From: Octopus sinensis
Lineage: Eukaryota
NCBI RefSeq assembly: GCF_006345805.1
Contig: NC_043002.1
Span: 5,270,001-5,334,000, forward strand
DNA length: 64,000 bases
Direction of reading: 5' to 3'
The notes under the pieces were generated by a model that did not search any database, was not told where the DNA came from, and saw nothing but the letters and a program-made list of their open reading frames with translations. Shown here piece after piece: positions 38,755 through 52,955 of this stretch. The translations under genes and the position numbers were made by a program. Numbering within the stretch: position 1 is the first letter of the stretch; each line of letters begins with the position of its first letter.

Positions 38755-38954
38755 TTTACTCTTTTACTCTTTTACTTGTTTCAGTCATTTGACTGCGGCC
38801 ATGCTGGAGCACCGCCTTTAATCGAGCAACTCGACCCCGGGACTTATTCTTTTGTAAGCCCAGTACTTATTCTATCGGTCTCTTTTGCCGAACCGCTAGG
38901 TAACGGGGACATAAACACACCAGCATCGGTTGTCAAGCAATGCTAGGGGGACAA

Positions 38955-38991
<37 letters not shown>

Positions 38992-39160
38992 CATATATAC
39001 GACGGGTTTCTTTCAGTTTCCATCTACCAAATCCACTCACAAGGCTTTGGTCAGCCCGAGGCTATAGTAGAAGGCACTTGCACAAGGTGCCACGCAGTGG
39101 GACTGAACCCGGAACCATGTGGTTGGTAAACAAGCTACTTACCACACAGCTACTCCTGCA
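38755..39160 (-). mobile_element. OR1-like SINE, full length
   Basis: Matches the family along its length. Confidence 0.92.
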
Positions 39161-39457
39161 CCAATGTTTTAAAATTTCATATGTCTCCGTAGAACAAAGT
39201 TCACATCCATCTCTACTATTTTTATAAGGCTGTGCCTTTCTTATTATATACGATTTTAGGTTAAATTCGATATTTCTTTTCTTTCAGTTCCCAAATTTTA
39301 CTCTCTGTCGTGAGTTAGGAATGTAATTTTGGGTCTGTGTTTATATATGATGAGAACACCCTGAAACCGGAATCCACGAGGGGGATAAAATAATCAAAAC
39401 ACACACACACATACACACACACACACACACACGCACGCACACACACACACGCACGCA

Positions 39458-39505
<48 letters not shown>

Positions 39506-39709
39506 CATTCTCTATAGTTATATTATTTTCTTCAGCTGAACCTTTTACTCCCAAAATATGTTTCAGGTCTCCTGTAAAATTCTGTTTCCATAGTTATGGT
39601 ATGTACATATAATATAATATAATATAATGTCATATATAAGTATAATGTATGTATACATGCATGTATATGTGTGTCATCGCAATCCAACAGACACCAACCA
39701 TCACATACC

Positions 39710-39930
39710 TATTTCTTGACTACCCACAAGGGGCTAAACACAGAGAGGATAAACAAGGACAGACAAACAGATTAAGTCGATTATATCGACCCTAGTGTGT
39801 AACTGGTATTTATTTAATCGACCCCGAAAGGATGAAAGGCAAAGTCGACCTCGGCGAAATTTGAACTCAGAACGTAACGGCAGACGAAATACTGCTGAGC
39901 ATTTCGCCCGGCGTGCTAACGATTCTGCCT
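39710..39930 (-). mobile_element. OR2-like CORE-SINE
   Basis: tactacccacaaggggctaaacac...ttcgcccggcgtgctaacg. Confidence 0.88.
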
Positions 39931-40008
39931 TCCAACCATCACGTACCACTATCTTACACCAGCCATCATGAAGCAACCATCACAGTACACCACATACAAA
40001 CGATACAA

Positions 40009-40400
40009 TCTATATATATATAAAGCTGAAGTTGTCTGTGAGTGGCAGGTTTGGTAGCCTTCAACTAACACTGTCTCCTCCGAGACCCTGCGACGCAAGT
40101 TGACCAATATTGAGAATTTCATAGAGGAAGGCTTGCTCTTCCTTCTGCAGAAGATAAAATTCAAATCGGACCATGTTAACACCAAAAATTATTTACATAA
40201 AAAAAGTGCTTTTTCTCTATAAAAATCCGTATATTTTACGATTTTTTAACTGCTGTATCGTCATTTTTCGGTGTATTTCAATCAGAAAAATGTTCACTTA
40301 AAGAGAATAACAAGCTAAATAATGCAAAAGTTTTACTTTTCAAAAATTCCAATTCTAAAGGGTCGAAACAAACCCGAGCAACGCCGGGCGATACTGCTAG
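40009..40400 (+). mobile_element. Non-autonomous Helitron, family B
   Basis: A|TCTATATATATAAAG...acaaacccgagcaacgccgggcgatactgCTAG|T; 3' ~33 nt shared with family A, different interior. Confidence 0.85.
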
Positions 40401-41069
40401 TACACTATAAGAACAAACCATCATACAGAAACTATCAGACACCAACCATCACTCACCAATCACCACTCAGAAGCCATTTGCTTTAATACTAATGGTCTTG
40501 ACCAATTTTGAAAATTCCATATAGAGAAATGCTGCAAGGTAAAAGATTCTGCAAGATTCCGAATTGCAGACGTAACCCAATTAGAGACCAAACTATGCAA
40601 TGGCTTCTTATAACGAAGCAGTTTGCTCGAGAATGCTGACGAGCCAATATTTTCTTATTCATTCGGTTATTTGATTAATCAATCTGCTTCTATTTCGCAC
40701 GTTTGTCGATGTGCAATTAAGATGATTGTTTAGCAACTAAGTGATTTCGGGTTCAATCCCGCTACGCAGTACCTTAGGTAAGTGCAGTCTACTATAGCTT
40801 TCGATCAGCCAAAATCTATCTGATGAAATTTGTAAAAAATAGAAATTTTATAGAAGAACGTTGAGTTACCGTTTTGTTTGTTATCGACTGATTTATGATA
40901 TCAGAATAAGTGTATAAAGGATTTATTATTCAAGAAGATTTTTATTTATTTATTTAAGATGATTTTAAAATAAATATCTACATATTAGAATAAAAAGTCC
41001 GGTAGAATTGTATGTAGGTACTGGGCCTATAAGAGAAGCTGGGGGTGTTACGATTGGCCAATATGACTG

Positions 41070-41305
41070 GCAGCGAGCTGGCAGAAACGTTAGCACGCTG
41101 GGCGAAATGCATAGCCGTATTTCGTCTGCCGTTACGTTCTGAGTTCAAATTCCGCCGAGGTCGACTTTGCCTTTCATCCTTTCGAGGTCGATAAATTAAG
41201 TACCAGTTACACACTGGGGTCGATGTAATCGACTTAATCCGTTTATCTGGCCTTGTTTGTCCTCTCTGTATTTAGCTCCTTGTGGGTAGTAAAGAAATAG
41301 GTATT
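41070..41305 (+). mobile_element. OR2-like CORE-SINE
   Basis: Full head, CORE and tail. Confidence 0.9.
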
Positions 41306-41558
41306 AGTGTGTTAGTAGGTAGGAAGCCGTTTTATATGATCACTGATTATATCAATAAATTGTTATTGTTATCGTGATTAATGAAATATGAATTTTTTTA
41401 TTGAAAGTGAATTAAAAGTTATTCACTTATTAGAATCACTTATTAGAATCAAAGTTTCCAACATTTTTATATCTTCTGCTTCATGTCATCACCCAGATAT
41501 TGCTATGGGAAAAAGTTTTGTCCCCAAGTAATTAAAAACGTGGCTTTTACTGTTTATT

Positions 41559-41605
<47 letters not shown>

Positions 41606-41949
41606 GAACCAGTCGTCACTCGCGAATGTTTATGGTTTGGAAACATGTACCATTCTTGTGTTGATTATTTTACATGTCTGTGCGTAATCGCGAGCAAACA
41701 TAGGCAAACCTCTCGATTCTCCCGCCTATTGGACCCAGCGACACATTCCGGATGTGATAAATGGAGCGAGTGAGAGCTGCACCAGTACTCGGTATTCGTT
41801 TTCAGGTGAATAAACTGGGCAACGAGAAATTAAGTACTTGCTCAAGGAGACAATGCGCCACCCGGTCCTTGAATTGAACCAACGGTATTATGATCGTGAG
41901 CCTTATATCTTAACCACTAGCGCACGTCCTAATTGTCTTTCTGTCTATC

Positions 41950-42185
<236 letters not shown>

Positions 42186-43657
42186 TAATATTTATGAGTA
42201 GTAGTAGTAATTGTATAACTTCGGAGTTTCATTGTTATTGGCTTTTTAAAAACTGTTTTGAAAAGCTACTATTGGTGAAATTTGAGGGTAAATAGTTTAC
42301 TATTGATAAATATTGTTTTAACTCTACAGTCAGTATTGAGTCCTTTATTGAGAGTATGTGCAGTGAAGCCATTCCCCAACCAGAGTAAAATATTTCTGTT
42401 TTGTTTGAGTTCAAATTTCGCTGTGGCCACTTTTATAATCAGGGTAGAAAATTAAGCAGTAGCAACGTATTAATACGAAACGCTTTCTTTTAAGTGTTTC
42501 ACTGAAAATTTTTCAAAAGAAATTGGAAATAAATATATTCGGCATCACTTCCATTCGCCCTTTTCTGGAAGTACCGATGTGTAGGGGGAAGCACTTAGAA
42601 AACAAGTTTTCATTCAAAGATCGATTCCTTTGATCCATTGATCTATTTCATCTATTTATTCGCATGTGTAATTTCCTGAAATGTGAAAAAGAATGGATTC
42701 TTTTGAAGATTATTTCCTTTGATAAACTACAAGGGGGCCTAAAATGCGAGTGCTGTACAAAAGTGGTCAGCTACCGGCTCGTTGAGTCCTTGTGTAATTT
42801 CTTTTTCTCGGTTCAGCTGTTTCACTGCTTTTAATTCCAACAAAATTCAGTAACGTGAAGAGAAACGGTCTTTGTCAGGCTGATTAGCCTTTGATATATT
42901 ATATGAAGATGGGATATTCTGTTGTCACCCAACAATCGATGCTAGATTACATGACGTTTTCATTCCAATAGTAAAGTGAATGCCAGCGTGTTTAATGTAA
43001 AATAGATATAACATCAATTTTCTGGAATCTTTAGTTTCAAAACCTCTCCAGATTGCTGATTTGTTTTCGAACAAGAGGTAGTCAACTTGGACACAACACC
43101 CTGAATTAAATACTCTAAATTTACTTCGATAATTAAACGAAATACAAGACTTGTATATTAGTATAAGTAAGTTTATTAATACTGTACTGTGCAAGGTATT
43201 AGTTTGTGCAAGATACCAGTAAACTACTTTAGCGGCCGCCGAAATTTGAAGTACCTACTCTTAAATAAATACAGAGGTTCTGGTCCATCAATGATCAGAG
43301 AATGGGATACCTGTACATTAAGAAATTTTAGTTACTTAAAGTTACATACTGAGTGCTGGGAACGGTCATTAGCATGGCTAATGAGTTTACTCCGCTTCCT
43401 CCTATCGTTGATGAATCGGTCTCTGTTTTTAGTTTACATTTGTGCTTTATCTTTCATCTTTCACTTGTTTCAATCATTAGACTGTGGTCATGGTGGGACG
43501 CCGCCTTGTAATGTTTAGTCGAACAAATCAATCTCAGGACTGATTTCTATATCTGGTACCTATTCTAGCGATCTCTTTTCATGAACAAACCATCACCGGT
43601 TGTCAAATAGTGGCCGGTGCAGAAACACAAACATAAAGACACATACACATACATATA

Positions 43658-43855
43658 TAGATCGTTAGCCACTACACACATTTTTTTCTCTCCTTGTTTC
43701 TCTCCTTGTTTTTTTTTTCTGTGTCCCTTTCTGTAGAAGAGCATAGGCTCGAAACGTAAAATACTTTTTCTATTCCTGAGCGTTATACTAATACATCTAT
43801 TTGTTTTGTGCACCACCTGTTTTCGTCTTTCGTTTTTTCATAAACTCTCCCTATA
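43658..43855 (+). mobile_element. ~195-bp HHR-like mini-element, copy 3
   Basis: tagatcgttagccactacacaca...ctctccctata(TA)n. Confidence 0.85.
43727..43762 (+). ncRNA. Minimal hammerhead-like motif (CUGUAGA+A core)
   Basis: cuuu CUGUAGA A GAGC auag GCUC GAAA CG UA aaa; ACGU palindromic stem III. Confidence 0.58.
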
Positions 43856-45009
43856 TATATATATATATATGAACCCGAAACCATGTGGCTGCAAAGCAAG
43901 TTTCTAAACCATATAACTATGCAGCAACAATATATTTATATGTGTATGTTTTTTTGTATTTTGTTTGTTAATTGCTGTGTGTGTATGTGTGCGTTTGTAT
44001 GTATCATATGTGTGTTCAGATGTGTGTATTCATGCGCTCGTATGTGTCTGTATCTATCGTTATGTATAGTTTGTTTATGCTGGTTTGAGTTATAGAGATA
44101 TTGTTTTCCCATTGTTAATGGTTCTCGCGAATATCTAACCATAATTTTCTACACTAGAATAACAACTTCGAACAACTAGCAATGGAATATCATCATGAAA
44201 CACAATAGATAAGTTAGTCTTAATTCATTTAAAGCAGTGAACATTAATAAATTAATTTGATATAACTATGTAGTAATATAAAAACAAAACAAAAATACTA
44301 TTTGTCAACGACCAATATTGTTTTAATTATTTTAAACAGCGGAGAAAACTGTAGATATATTTCGTTATTTCACTTTGGCCTCGTCAACGAAGCATAGACT
44401 TCGTGTCGAAATAATGATAGCAGAACCACTAAAACAAGTGTAAAAGTTTGTGTAGACGCTGGTGTAGGAAATAATATTATTAAGAGAATATGTTCGATAA
44501 AAGCCACCATTTTGTCCATCTATTCTAATGACATTCATCAAAGAAACCTAACTAAAAATGCTTTCAAATCTATTGTTTTAAGAGACTATTGTTCGAAATG
44601 TCTGCATCCCTGGACAGCGTAGTGATTAAGTTGGGTTATTTAAGCTAATAGACATAGATTTTTGTTGTTATTGTTGTTGAATAATGTTTAAAAAAATATT
44701 TTAACATATTTTTCGAATATCTATTGTCTTCAGTGTTATCTGTGGTGAATGACCATTTGAAGATAAAAAAATAAAATGCCAACACAAACTATGAATGAAA
44801 TTAACGATACAACTTACGTAATTAGTGGTGGCAGAATAAAACAAATCTTGCGAGATTGATGATAGAATGCAAAGTGGTGGCGCAGGTGATGCTGCTTCGA
44901 TTCAAGTTTTTAAAAGAAAAAATGTCTGAAAACATTCATCGAAAGTTATTGCCAACCGAGTGATTAGATTGCTTTTGATGTAGGCACAAAGCGAATAGTT
45001 TTGAGGTGA

Positions 45010-45425
45010 GGCAGTTAGTCGATACTACTGACCCCTAGTAATTGACTGAAACTTTATTTTATCTACCCTGAAAGGATGAAGGACAATGTTGACCTAGGAC
45101 GGATTTGAACTCGGAACGAAAAGAATCGGAAACAAATACTGCAAAGATTTCTTCCGGAGATTTAATAATTTTGTTAATCCTCCTTCTCTCTAGCTGATTG
45201 ATTGCATCTGTTTCAAATTTTGGCTCAAGACCAGCACGTTCGGGGAGAGGATAAGTCGGTTACATTAACTCCAGTGCTCAACTGGTACTTATTTTATCGA
45301 CCCCAAAAGGATGAAGGGTAAAGTCGACCTCGGCGAAATTTGAACTTAAGAACGTAAAGACGGATGAAATGCCGCTAAACATTTTGCCAGATGTGTTAAC
45401 GATTCCGCCAGATCGCCGTCTCCCG
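45010..45425 (-). mobile_element. Two CORE-SINE copies (one old, one younger)
   Basis: ccctgaaaggatgaaggacaatgttgacc; ccccaaaaggatgaagggtaaagtcgacctcggcg. Confidence 0.78.
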
Positions 45426-46622
45426 CAACTTAAAATGAGACGGGTTATCACCACTGTAACCTGTCTATGTTTCCGCATAATAGACTTCAGCACTGTGAAG
45501 TCAGCGAAGACGCCTCTTTATAATCATTTCAACTGATAGAAATAGCAACTTAATCTCCTTGAAATCACGATTTACCGCCTTAAAAAAGGAAGGAAGCACA
45601 TAGAAAGCGGTCCTGAGAACGGATGGGGCTCGGTCCGTCACTAGCAAACGAGTAGGACTTGCTAGCAGGAGATGCTATGCCTTCGTACTCGTTTTAGGTG
45701 CTTGTGTATTCACCAGCAGACATAGTTATCCTCTCGGCACCCTACAATCAAAACCTTGTTGCAGCAGACACTCAACGAGAAGGGGAAAAGGTTATATGGA
45801 CCCTAGTATTCTGGTTGTTCGACCCAGGAAGGACAAAAGGCACAAATATCGCAAAGTATTTTATTCGCTGTTCTAGCAATTTTGTCAGTTAGCAGTCTGG
45901 TGCCGGATGTACACGCCACCCGACAAAAGACGTGATGGTCATGGCTTGAACGCATGTGATCACAGATGTGTTATCTTAAGAATAGAGTTAGAGATCATCA
46001 ACAATGACAAAAACAGCAGCAGCAGTAGCAACAACAACAACAAGGGTCCGTTTACGACAACTTTAACCCTGACCAGTTGTCGATCATTTACGAAGCTCAA
46101 ATATGGCGCTCGTATAATGACACTGCCTCGCTACAACATATGGAAATACTCGAGAGAATATACGGAAGCAAGTCGTTCGACTGCTTGGTAAATACTTAGC
46201 AACAAGATATAACTCCTGGATCGCAAATGTGCTGTTTCTTCTCTCTGCATCTCCTACCTGTAAATATCCTATCACTGATGTATTTTGTGGACATTAGCTG
46301 TCCTGAAGTGACTTGTAGTTGCCGTCCTTCGTCGTTCGTTGTTGGTGTTATTAACACCAAACATGACCATCCATTATATATATATTCCAAAGGAATAATA
46401 CCATGTTGTCTTCGAAACATATGTCGAAAGTAAAAGAATTTTAATAACATTTTCCTTCAACTCGATTTATTTACTTATACCACACAAATTACTGCACATT
46501 AATCCGGAGTTTCTACCTTTGAATAGATCGCTTCATCTGTGTTACTTGCGTGAATTTTGCTACCCTGGTAACTGTTTATTGAATTTTCCATGTTAACGGT
46601 AAACAAAGGATAATCCATTCAT

Positions 46623-46676
<54 letters not shown>

Positions 46677-46750
46677 ATGTATTTGTATATATATATATAC
46701 ATATTTGTATGTATGTATATATATATATATAGACATATATATATATACAC

Positions 46751-46804
<54 letters not shown>

Positions 46805-47010
46805 AAAAGTTAATCCAAACAAGAAAACAAAAACAAAAAAACAACAACGCAAGGACGTGGAACAAATAAAGTATTATTGGACGCTCAGGAATGAAGGGAA
46901 GAAGGAGGGTTTGACGTTTCGAGCGGAGCTCTTCGTCGGAAACACAGGAGAAGGAAAGATCCCGAGAAGGGAAGACAGGGGGAAAAATCGCTAGTGATAC
47001 AGACGAGGTG
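46805..47010 (-). mobile_element. ~200-bp HHR-bearing mini-element, second family
   Basis: Adjoins (TA)n; HHR-like motif at 46909-46943; its terminus gttaatccaaacaagaaaac recurs at ~50178. Confidence 0.72.
46909..46943 (-). ncRNA. Minimal hammerhead-like motif (CCGACGA+A core)
   Basis: guuu CCGACGA A GAGC ucc GCUC GAAA CG UC aaac. Confidence 0.62.
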
Positions 47011-47048
<38 letters not shown>

Positions 47049-47104
47049 CACTCACACGCACACATGTACGCGCACACGCTTACATATATATAGACACACA
47101 TACA

Positions 47105-47290
47105 CGAGGTCTGATCGATAAGTAACGAAGCTAAAGCACGCAGAGTAAACAACGGAAGTAAGCCAGAACGTTAAAACTTAGTGCACATGCACAGCAGAGT
47201 TGAAGGTCAATCTGCGCCAAGCGGCTTCATTCTGCGTGCTTTAGCTTCGTTACTATGACAACAGTCCGGATACTTATTGATCAGACCACG
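47105..47290. mobile_element. Mariner/Tc1-derived MITE
   Basis: TIR cgaggtctgatcgataagta / tacttattgatcagaccacg, plus a second inverted block taacgaagctaaagcacgcaga / tctgcgtgctttagcttcgtta. Confidence 0.7.
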
Positions 47291-48269
47291 CATAATACTT
47301 GCAAAAACATATACGTACATACATACAAGTATGTATAATCTAATTGTGCTTGTGTATATATTTAAATGTCTGTGTATTTGTTTCTATGTATATATGTATG
47401 TACTAATATATGTGTTCGTGCTCGTACAGATATATATTCGTCCTAAAGAAACGGGGTAGTCACATCTGGAATGCGTTTGATTATAAGTCTTCCCGATCAG
47501 TGCTGTTATGATAAGGTCGTCAGAGATAACCTCTAAAAAGACGAGAGGGTCACGGTGAGAACGCTTACTTCTGGCAGGTCTATTTGATCAGAGCTTCCAA
47601 GGGGAGTGGCTTTTAACCACCATGAACAACAACATAATAATTCTTCAAGATAAGACGATATCGGTTGGAACTTAGCTCTTTCATTTTGCGTATATTAACG
47701 TAGATTTTTTTTTCTTTTTGCAGAGTTCAACACACAGAAAAGTTCTGATCTAAGATAAACCTTGGAATATTATACATAACTAATTTTCTTTTAACCTTCT
47801 CCCTCTCTCTCTCCCCACTCCTTGGAGATGTTAACGATCGGATGGAATCTCCCGATCGGACGGAATCTTCCGATCCGTCTGATAGTAGAAAGTGTAATGA
47901 AAAATCGAAAGAAATGCTTTAAGGCTAGGATATCGTATTATGTGATATAACGAGTTGAAAAAGTTCGATTAACTGAAGTTATCATTGCAATAAATCCATA
48001 AAAACTCTCTCTGGACATTTTAAGTCTAACGCTAAACCCCCCCCCCAGCTATTTGTTGGTATGTGTGTGTGCGCTCTAGTCTTCTTTTAGTAGCACCCAC
48101 TGAACTCTTTATCGTACTAACAATGAAAATTATCTATATATTTTTTTTTCTTTTTCAAAATTCTTTTGCCTTTCATCTTTCCATTTAATTTTCATCATAT
48201 ATTTTATTTGTCAAATTTCCATACATATATTTTTTACCATTTCTCTTCCTGCATGTAGATATTTATATA

Positions 48270-48444
48270 TCCGTGAACGTATGTATGTATGTACGTATGT
48301 ATGTATGTATGTATGTATGTATGTATGTATGTATGTATGTATGTATGTATGTATGTATGTATGTACTGTGTATGTATGTATGTTCTGTGTATGTATGTAC
48401 ATATCTATGTATATATGTATGTACGTACCTATATGTATTCATAA

Positions 48445-48522
<78 letters not shown>

Positions 48523-48845
48523 ATACGCACATATCTACATATCTATTTGCCTAGATGCCAATATACCGCATGTATATATCAACCTACCTACCTACCTACC
48601 TATCTATCTAACTACCTACCTACATACCTACCTACCTACCTACCTACCTACCTATCTATCTACCTACCTACCTACCTATCTATCTACCTACTTACCTACC
48701 TAACTACCTATCTATCTACCTACCTACATACATACATACATGCATACACACATACATACATGCATACATACATACACACATACATACATACATACATACA
48801 TACATACATACATACATACATACATACATACATACACACACATAC
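48270..48845. repeat. Compound (TATG)n/(TA)n/(CCTA)n/(CATA)n microsatellite
   Basis: Directly visible. Confidence 0.95.
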
Positions 48846-49497
48846 AAAATACAAAATACATAATTATATCTAGAGATCGCTAGTAATAGCAATACTCCAA
48901 ATATATAACAGACTGGAGTTGTAGTGCTCCAAATCTGCTCTTAATCTGAGGGGAAGCAATGAGAGCAATAACTAAAGGAACATTACTAAAATCCACACAG
49001 ACTTCTCTCGCACATAGCTGGTATGTAATTGTACGTTTGTTTCCGTGTATTGTGTATCGTGTGTAAATTAAGACTATTTACATACATAACAGAGGGGTTT
49101 TTTTTGGTTTTTTATCCCTTTTAACTACTAAGTATGTCAAAAGGGACAAACACCCCTCTGGTAAACATCCCTTACCTGAAGAAATGAATCCGTAAACATG
49201 ATCTTCCCGATGTCCACGGATACTACGGACTACATTGTAATCATTCCAGGATTACGGTCTATGATCTTAAGAGACACGTGATTTGTGGAAACGTGCGTAG
49301 CGATGCATTAAATATTTATGAATTCAATCCAAGGATTATTGTTATTATTACTATATTTATCCTAGATTATATCGGTACACCGCTGTGCAACAAAAAAAAA
49401 AAATACTGGTTCATCTGTCAGCATCATTAGATTGTGTCCGGATAATGGAATAGAATTTTTATTTGTATATTTAAAAACGTTTCCACTAAACAAATTT

Positions 49498-49566
<69 letters not shown>

Positions 49567-49729
49567 TGACGTATATTTGCCATTTGAATATGGCTAACCC
49601 CTAAGGGTGGATGCTACTGTAGTTTGTAGCCCCAGGAGGACACCTCCTCTAGCTGGCTATAGACACACTTTCTGTGCCCTATCAGTATTTGCAAAGGGAA
49701 GCCATCCTTCCCGTCTTCAACTTATGATA

Positions 49730-49774
49730 CACACGGACTCGAGTTTCAGGGTATTGACCCGTCATCGGCGTGTG
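49730..49774 (-). ncRNA. Type I hammerhead variant (U4C)
   Basis: cacacg CCGAUGA c GGGU caau ACCC u GAAA CUCGAG UC cgugug. Confidence 0.7.
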
Positions 49775-49904
49775 ACAATCATAGTTGTCGATGAGAAGTA
49801 GGTTCCCTTCACAAATACATATACTTTTTCCAGTGTCAATCGATACTGGAAAAAGTATATGTATTTGTGAAGGGAACCGACTTCTCATCGACAACTATGA
49901 TTGT

Positions 49905-49949
49905 CACACGCCGATGATGGGTCAAAACCCTGAAACTCGAGTCCGTGTG
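49905..49949 (+). ncRNA. Type I hammerhead variant (U4C)
   Basis: cacacg CCGAUGA u GGGU caaa ACCC u GAAA CUCGAG UC cgugug. Confidence 0.7.
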
Positions 49950-50202
49950 TATCATAAGATGAAGACGGGAAGGATGGCTTCCCTTCGCAAATACTGATAG
50001 GGCACAGAAAGTGTGTCTATAGCCAGCTGGAGGAGGTGTCCTCCTGGGGCTACAAACTACAGTAGCATCCATCCTTAGGGGTTAGCCATATTCAAATGGC
50101 AAATATACGTCACGATGTGTTGCTGCTACTGTTTATAACTCGCTCTGAGATTTATCATTATATATATATATACATATAGTTAATCCAAACAAGAAAACAC
50201 AG

Positions 50203-50263
<61 letters not shown>

Positions 50264-50279
50264 TATATATATATGTGTA

Positions 50280-50329
<50 letters not shown>

Positions 50330-50608
50330 ATATATATATATGCAATTATTATTAGTTGTTATGTAAGTAATAATGACCTATGTATAGCATAATAATTGCA
50401 ATTAAAAGTGAGATTTTACATTTTATATTTTTCGCATTACCGCCTTTTGAAGAGATATGAGTCATGTGGAATTACGGTAACAGGTAATTCGGAGTATCGG
50501 CAGAGTATAATTTATCATAATTACTGTTATATTGTACACACTAACATATATGTACATACATACAGGCAGGCATACATACATACATACATACATACATACA
50601 TACATACA

Positions 50609-50644
<36 letters not shown>

Positions 50645-50650
50645 TACATA

Positions 50651-51048
50651 TCTTTATATATAAAAGTGAGGTTGTGTGCTGTCTGTCTCCTACGATTTAG
50701 ATTCCAAACTACTCCCACATTTTGCGGTGCAGTTTAACCAAAACCGGGTATCTTATAGTCGTGATTCATATCGAGCCCTTCTGGGTATTAGCGCGCGTTT
50801 ACGATGAGTCTACGATTTAAAAAAAATTTACCATCAATTTTTCCCGTTTTTAATGCATTTTTGGCATATATAAGGGAAGTAACTCTCTAAAAATTTATTA
50901 TTAAATCTCAGAACGTAAAAAGCTACAGAACCCACCCCCTTTTTTTGTAATTAGCCATATTGAGATGGCTATTATACTTTACATCTCTAAAAATGCTTAT
51001 ATAGTTATTTCCCTTACAAACCCGAGCAACGCCGGGCGATACTGCTAG
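50651..51048 (+). mobile_element. Non-autonomous Helitron, family A
   Basis: A|TCTTTATATAT...cccgagcaacgccggg..CTAG|T. Confidence 0.9.
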
Positions 51049-52324
51049 TATATATATATATATATATAATATATATGTATGCATGTATGTATGTATATTA
51101 TGTGTACGTATATACATATACTCACACACACATACATACACATAGGTCACACACATGCATACACACACTACATACAAACGTATATACATGCTCACTCACA
51201 CACATATAAACATGTTAATGTGCAACTGAAAATAAATAAAAAAATATCTATTTGGCATCTTCTCTCGCTAATTTTTACATAACATTTTGTAAACTGTTCT
51301 TCAGTGGAAATACCAGCCTCCTGCGTTTCTTGATAGCTATCCCATAATACATAAACCGTATGTCAGATACTTTATATTGCTTTTGTTTCGGATTTCATAA
51401 AGAAGAAAAGACGTTCTCTCTGTTCTTCAATTACCATATATGTGTGTGTGTGTGTTTTTGTGTGTTACTGTGTGTACATATATGTGTATGTATATATGGT
51501 AAAAAAGATAGAAGCGTTGAGGTATGTTGTATACCAGCCTTGAACTATTTTCCCTCAACAGCAGGATTTAAACTTCGTTGCTACACTAGGTCACGCTGAA
51601 CACATTACTTAAACAGACATACTTATTTCAGAGATTTAGTTTGCATCCGTTAGTTTGATGAGAAAAGTACGGTTTAAATGGTGTTTTTGAATAATTTATA
51701 TTCTAGATAATTCATACAACATTAACGTACATTAACTTCGAGATTTTCCTATCGCTACTTCAGTAAGTACTGCGAAATCTATACGTCGCTGATAAAATCA
51801 TATAAGACCGAAATATGCCAAGAGTGTTCTCCCATCCTTGGCGAATTAATTAAAATGATATTTGTCACTGATTGATATTGATACTACTTATCGTATAATT
51901 ATTTCTAGTTGGAGTGGTTGTATACTGTCAACTTAACGTGACAGTCCTGTAAGGGAATTACCACACCGCTGTTTAGCCCTAGGAAGCATCGACGCTTCCT
52001 GTCGGCCTTGACACATTTCCTGTGTCCTTATATATTTACGAAGGGGAGACAAACACCCCCAACAGCTAGGCCTGCATCTAGAGACTTGCATGTTTCTGGG
52101 TCTTGCCCATCATCAGTCTAGAGTAGCATTTCTAATTGCCCCTGCATTGAATATGCTAATTCTAACATAACTATTGTTAGCATTAGAATTATTTGCTTTA
52201 TGAATAATATCTAAAACCAGTTCTTGAACACAGCAGACTTCATGGAGCAACAGAAGCTACAATATTGGCTTCACGGGCGCCGGTTACATTGCTAGACACA
52301 TTTAAAGGGAACAACTACAATATC

Positions 52325-52740
52325 TATTTCTTTACTACCCACAAGGGGCTAAACACAGAGAGGACAAACAAGGACAGACAAACGGATTAAGTCGATTACA
52401 TCGACCCCAGTGCGTAAATTGGTACTTAGTTTATCGACCCCGAAAGGATGAAAGGCAAAGTCGACCTCGGCGGAATTTGAACTCAGAACGTAACGGCTGA
52501 CGAAATACCTATTTCTTTACTACCCACAAGGGGCTAAACACAGAGGGGACAAACAAAGACAGACAAACGGATTAAGTCGATTACATCGACCCCAGTGCGT
52601 AACTGGTACTTATTTAATCGACCCCGAAAGGATGAAAGGCAAAGTCGACCTCGGCGTCATTTGAACTCAGAACGTAACGACAGACGAAATACAGCTAAGC
52701 ATTTCGCCCGGCGTGCTAACGTTTCTGCCAGCTCGCCGCC
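52325..52740 (-). mobile_element. Dimeric OR2-like CORE-SINE
   Basis: Same internal junction as 10034-10468; TSD ctacaata(t/c)ctat at 52315-27 and 52740-52. Confidence 0.88.
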
Positions 52741-52909
52741 TACAATACCTATAACCACACATGCGCACACACACACATTATATATGTATCTGTGTCTGTC
52801 CTATATGTACGTTTTTTAGTATTTAATGTATTTTGTTAACAGTAAGATTTTATATATATCTTTCTTTTTCTCGTCCTCATATCCTTTTCCAACATTCCAA
52901 CTTCCACTG

Positions 52910-52955
<46 letters not shown>

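Larger units (their letters stand above)
43450..43920 (-). mobile_element. Old OR1-like SINE hosting the HHR mini-element in its internal repeat
   Basis: Tail remnant ~43450-43650; head remnant ~43870-43920 (gaacccgaaaccatgtgg..caagtttctaaacca). Confidence 0.68.
49563..50116. mobile_element. 554-bp near-perfect palindrome (head-to-head PLE-type fold-back) with one HHR per arm
   Basis: atcgtgacg...cgtcacgat; ~272-bp arms, about 7 mismatches by eye; centre ~49840; (TA)n on the left and ~45 nt beyond the right end. Confidence 0.9.

Noticed and set aside
47700-47760. Strong splice-acceptor-like tttttttttctttttgcag
   Set aside because: All three frames stop within ~40 nt and no partner exon was found. 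Possible non-coding or terminal exon, but unsupported without RNA data.
49607-50072. Pairs of near-identical ORFs on opposite strands (MDATVVCSP..., MSMRSRFPSQ...)
   Set aside because: Mirror images created by the 554-bp palindrome; no recognisable protein.
51785-51820. HHR-like ctgataaaatcatataagaccgaaatatgcc
   Set aside because: G8 is unmatched, stem II is broken, and there is no stem I or cleavage triplet; at most a decayed relic.
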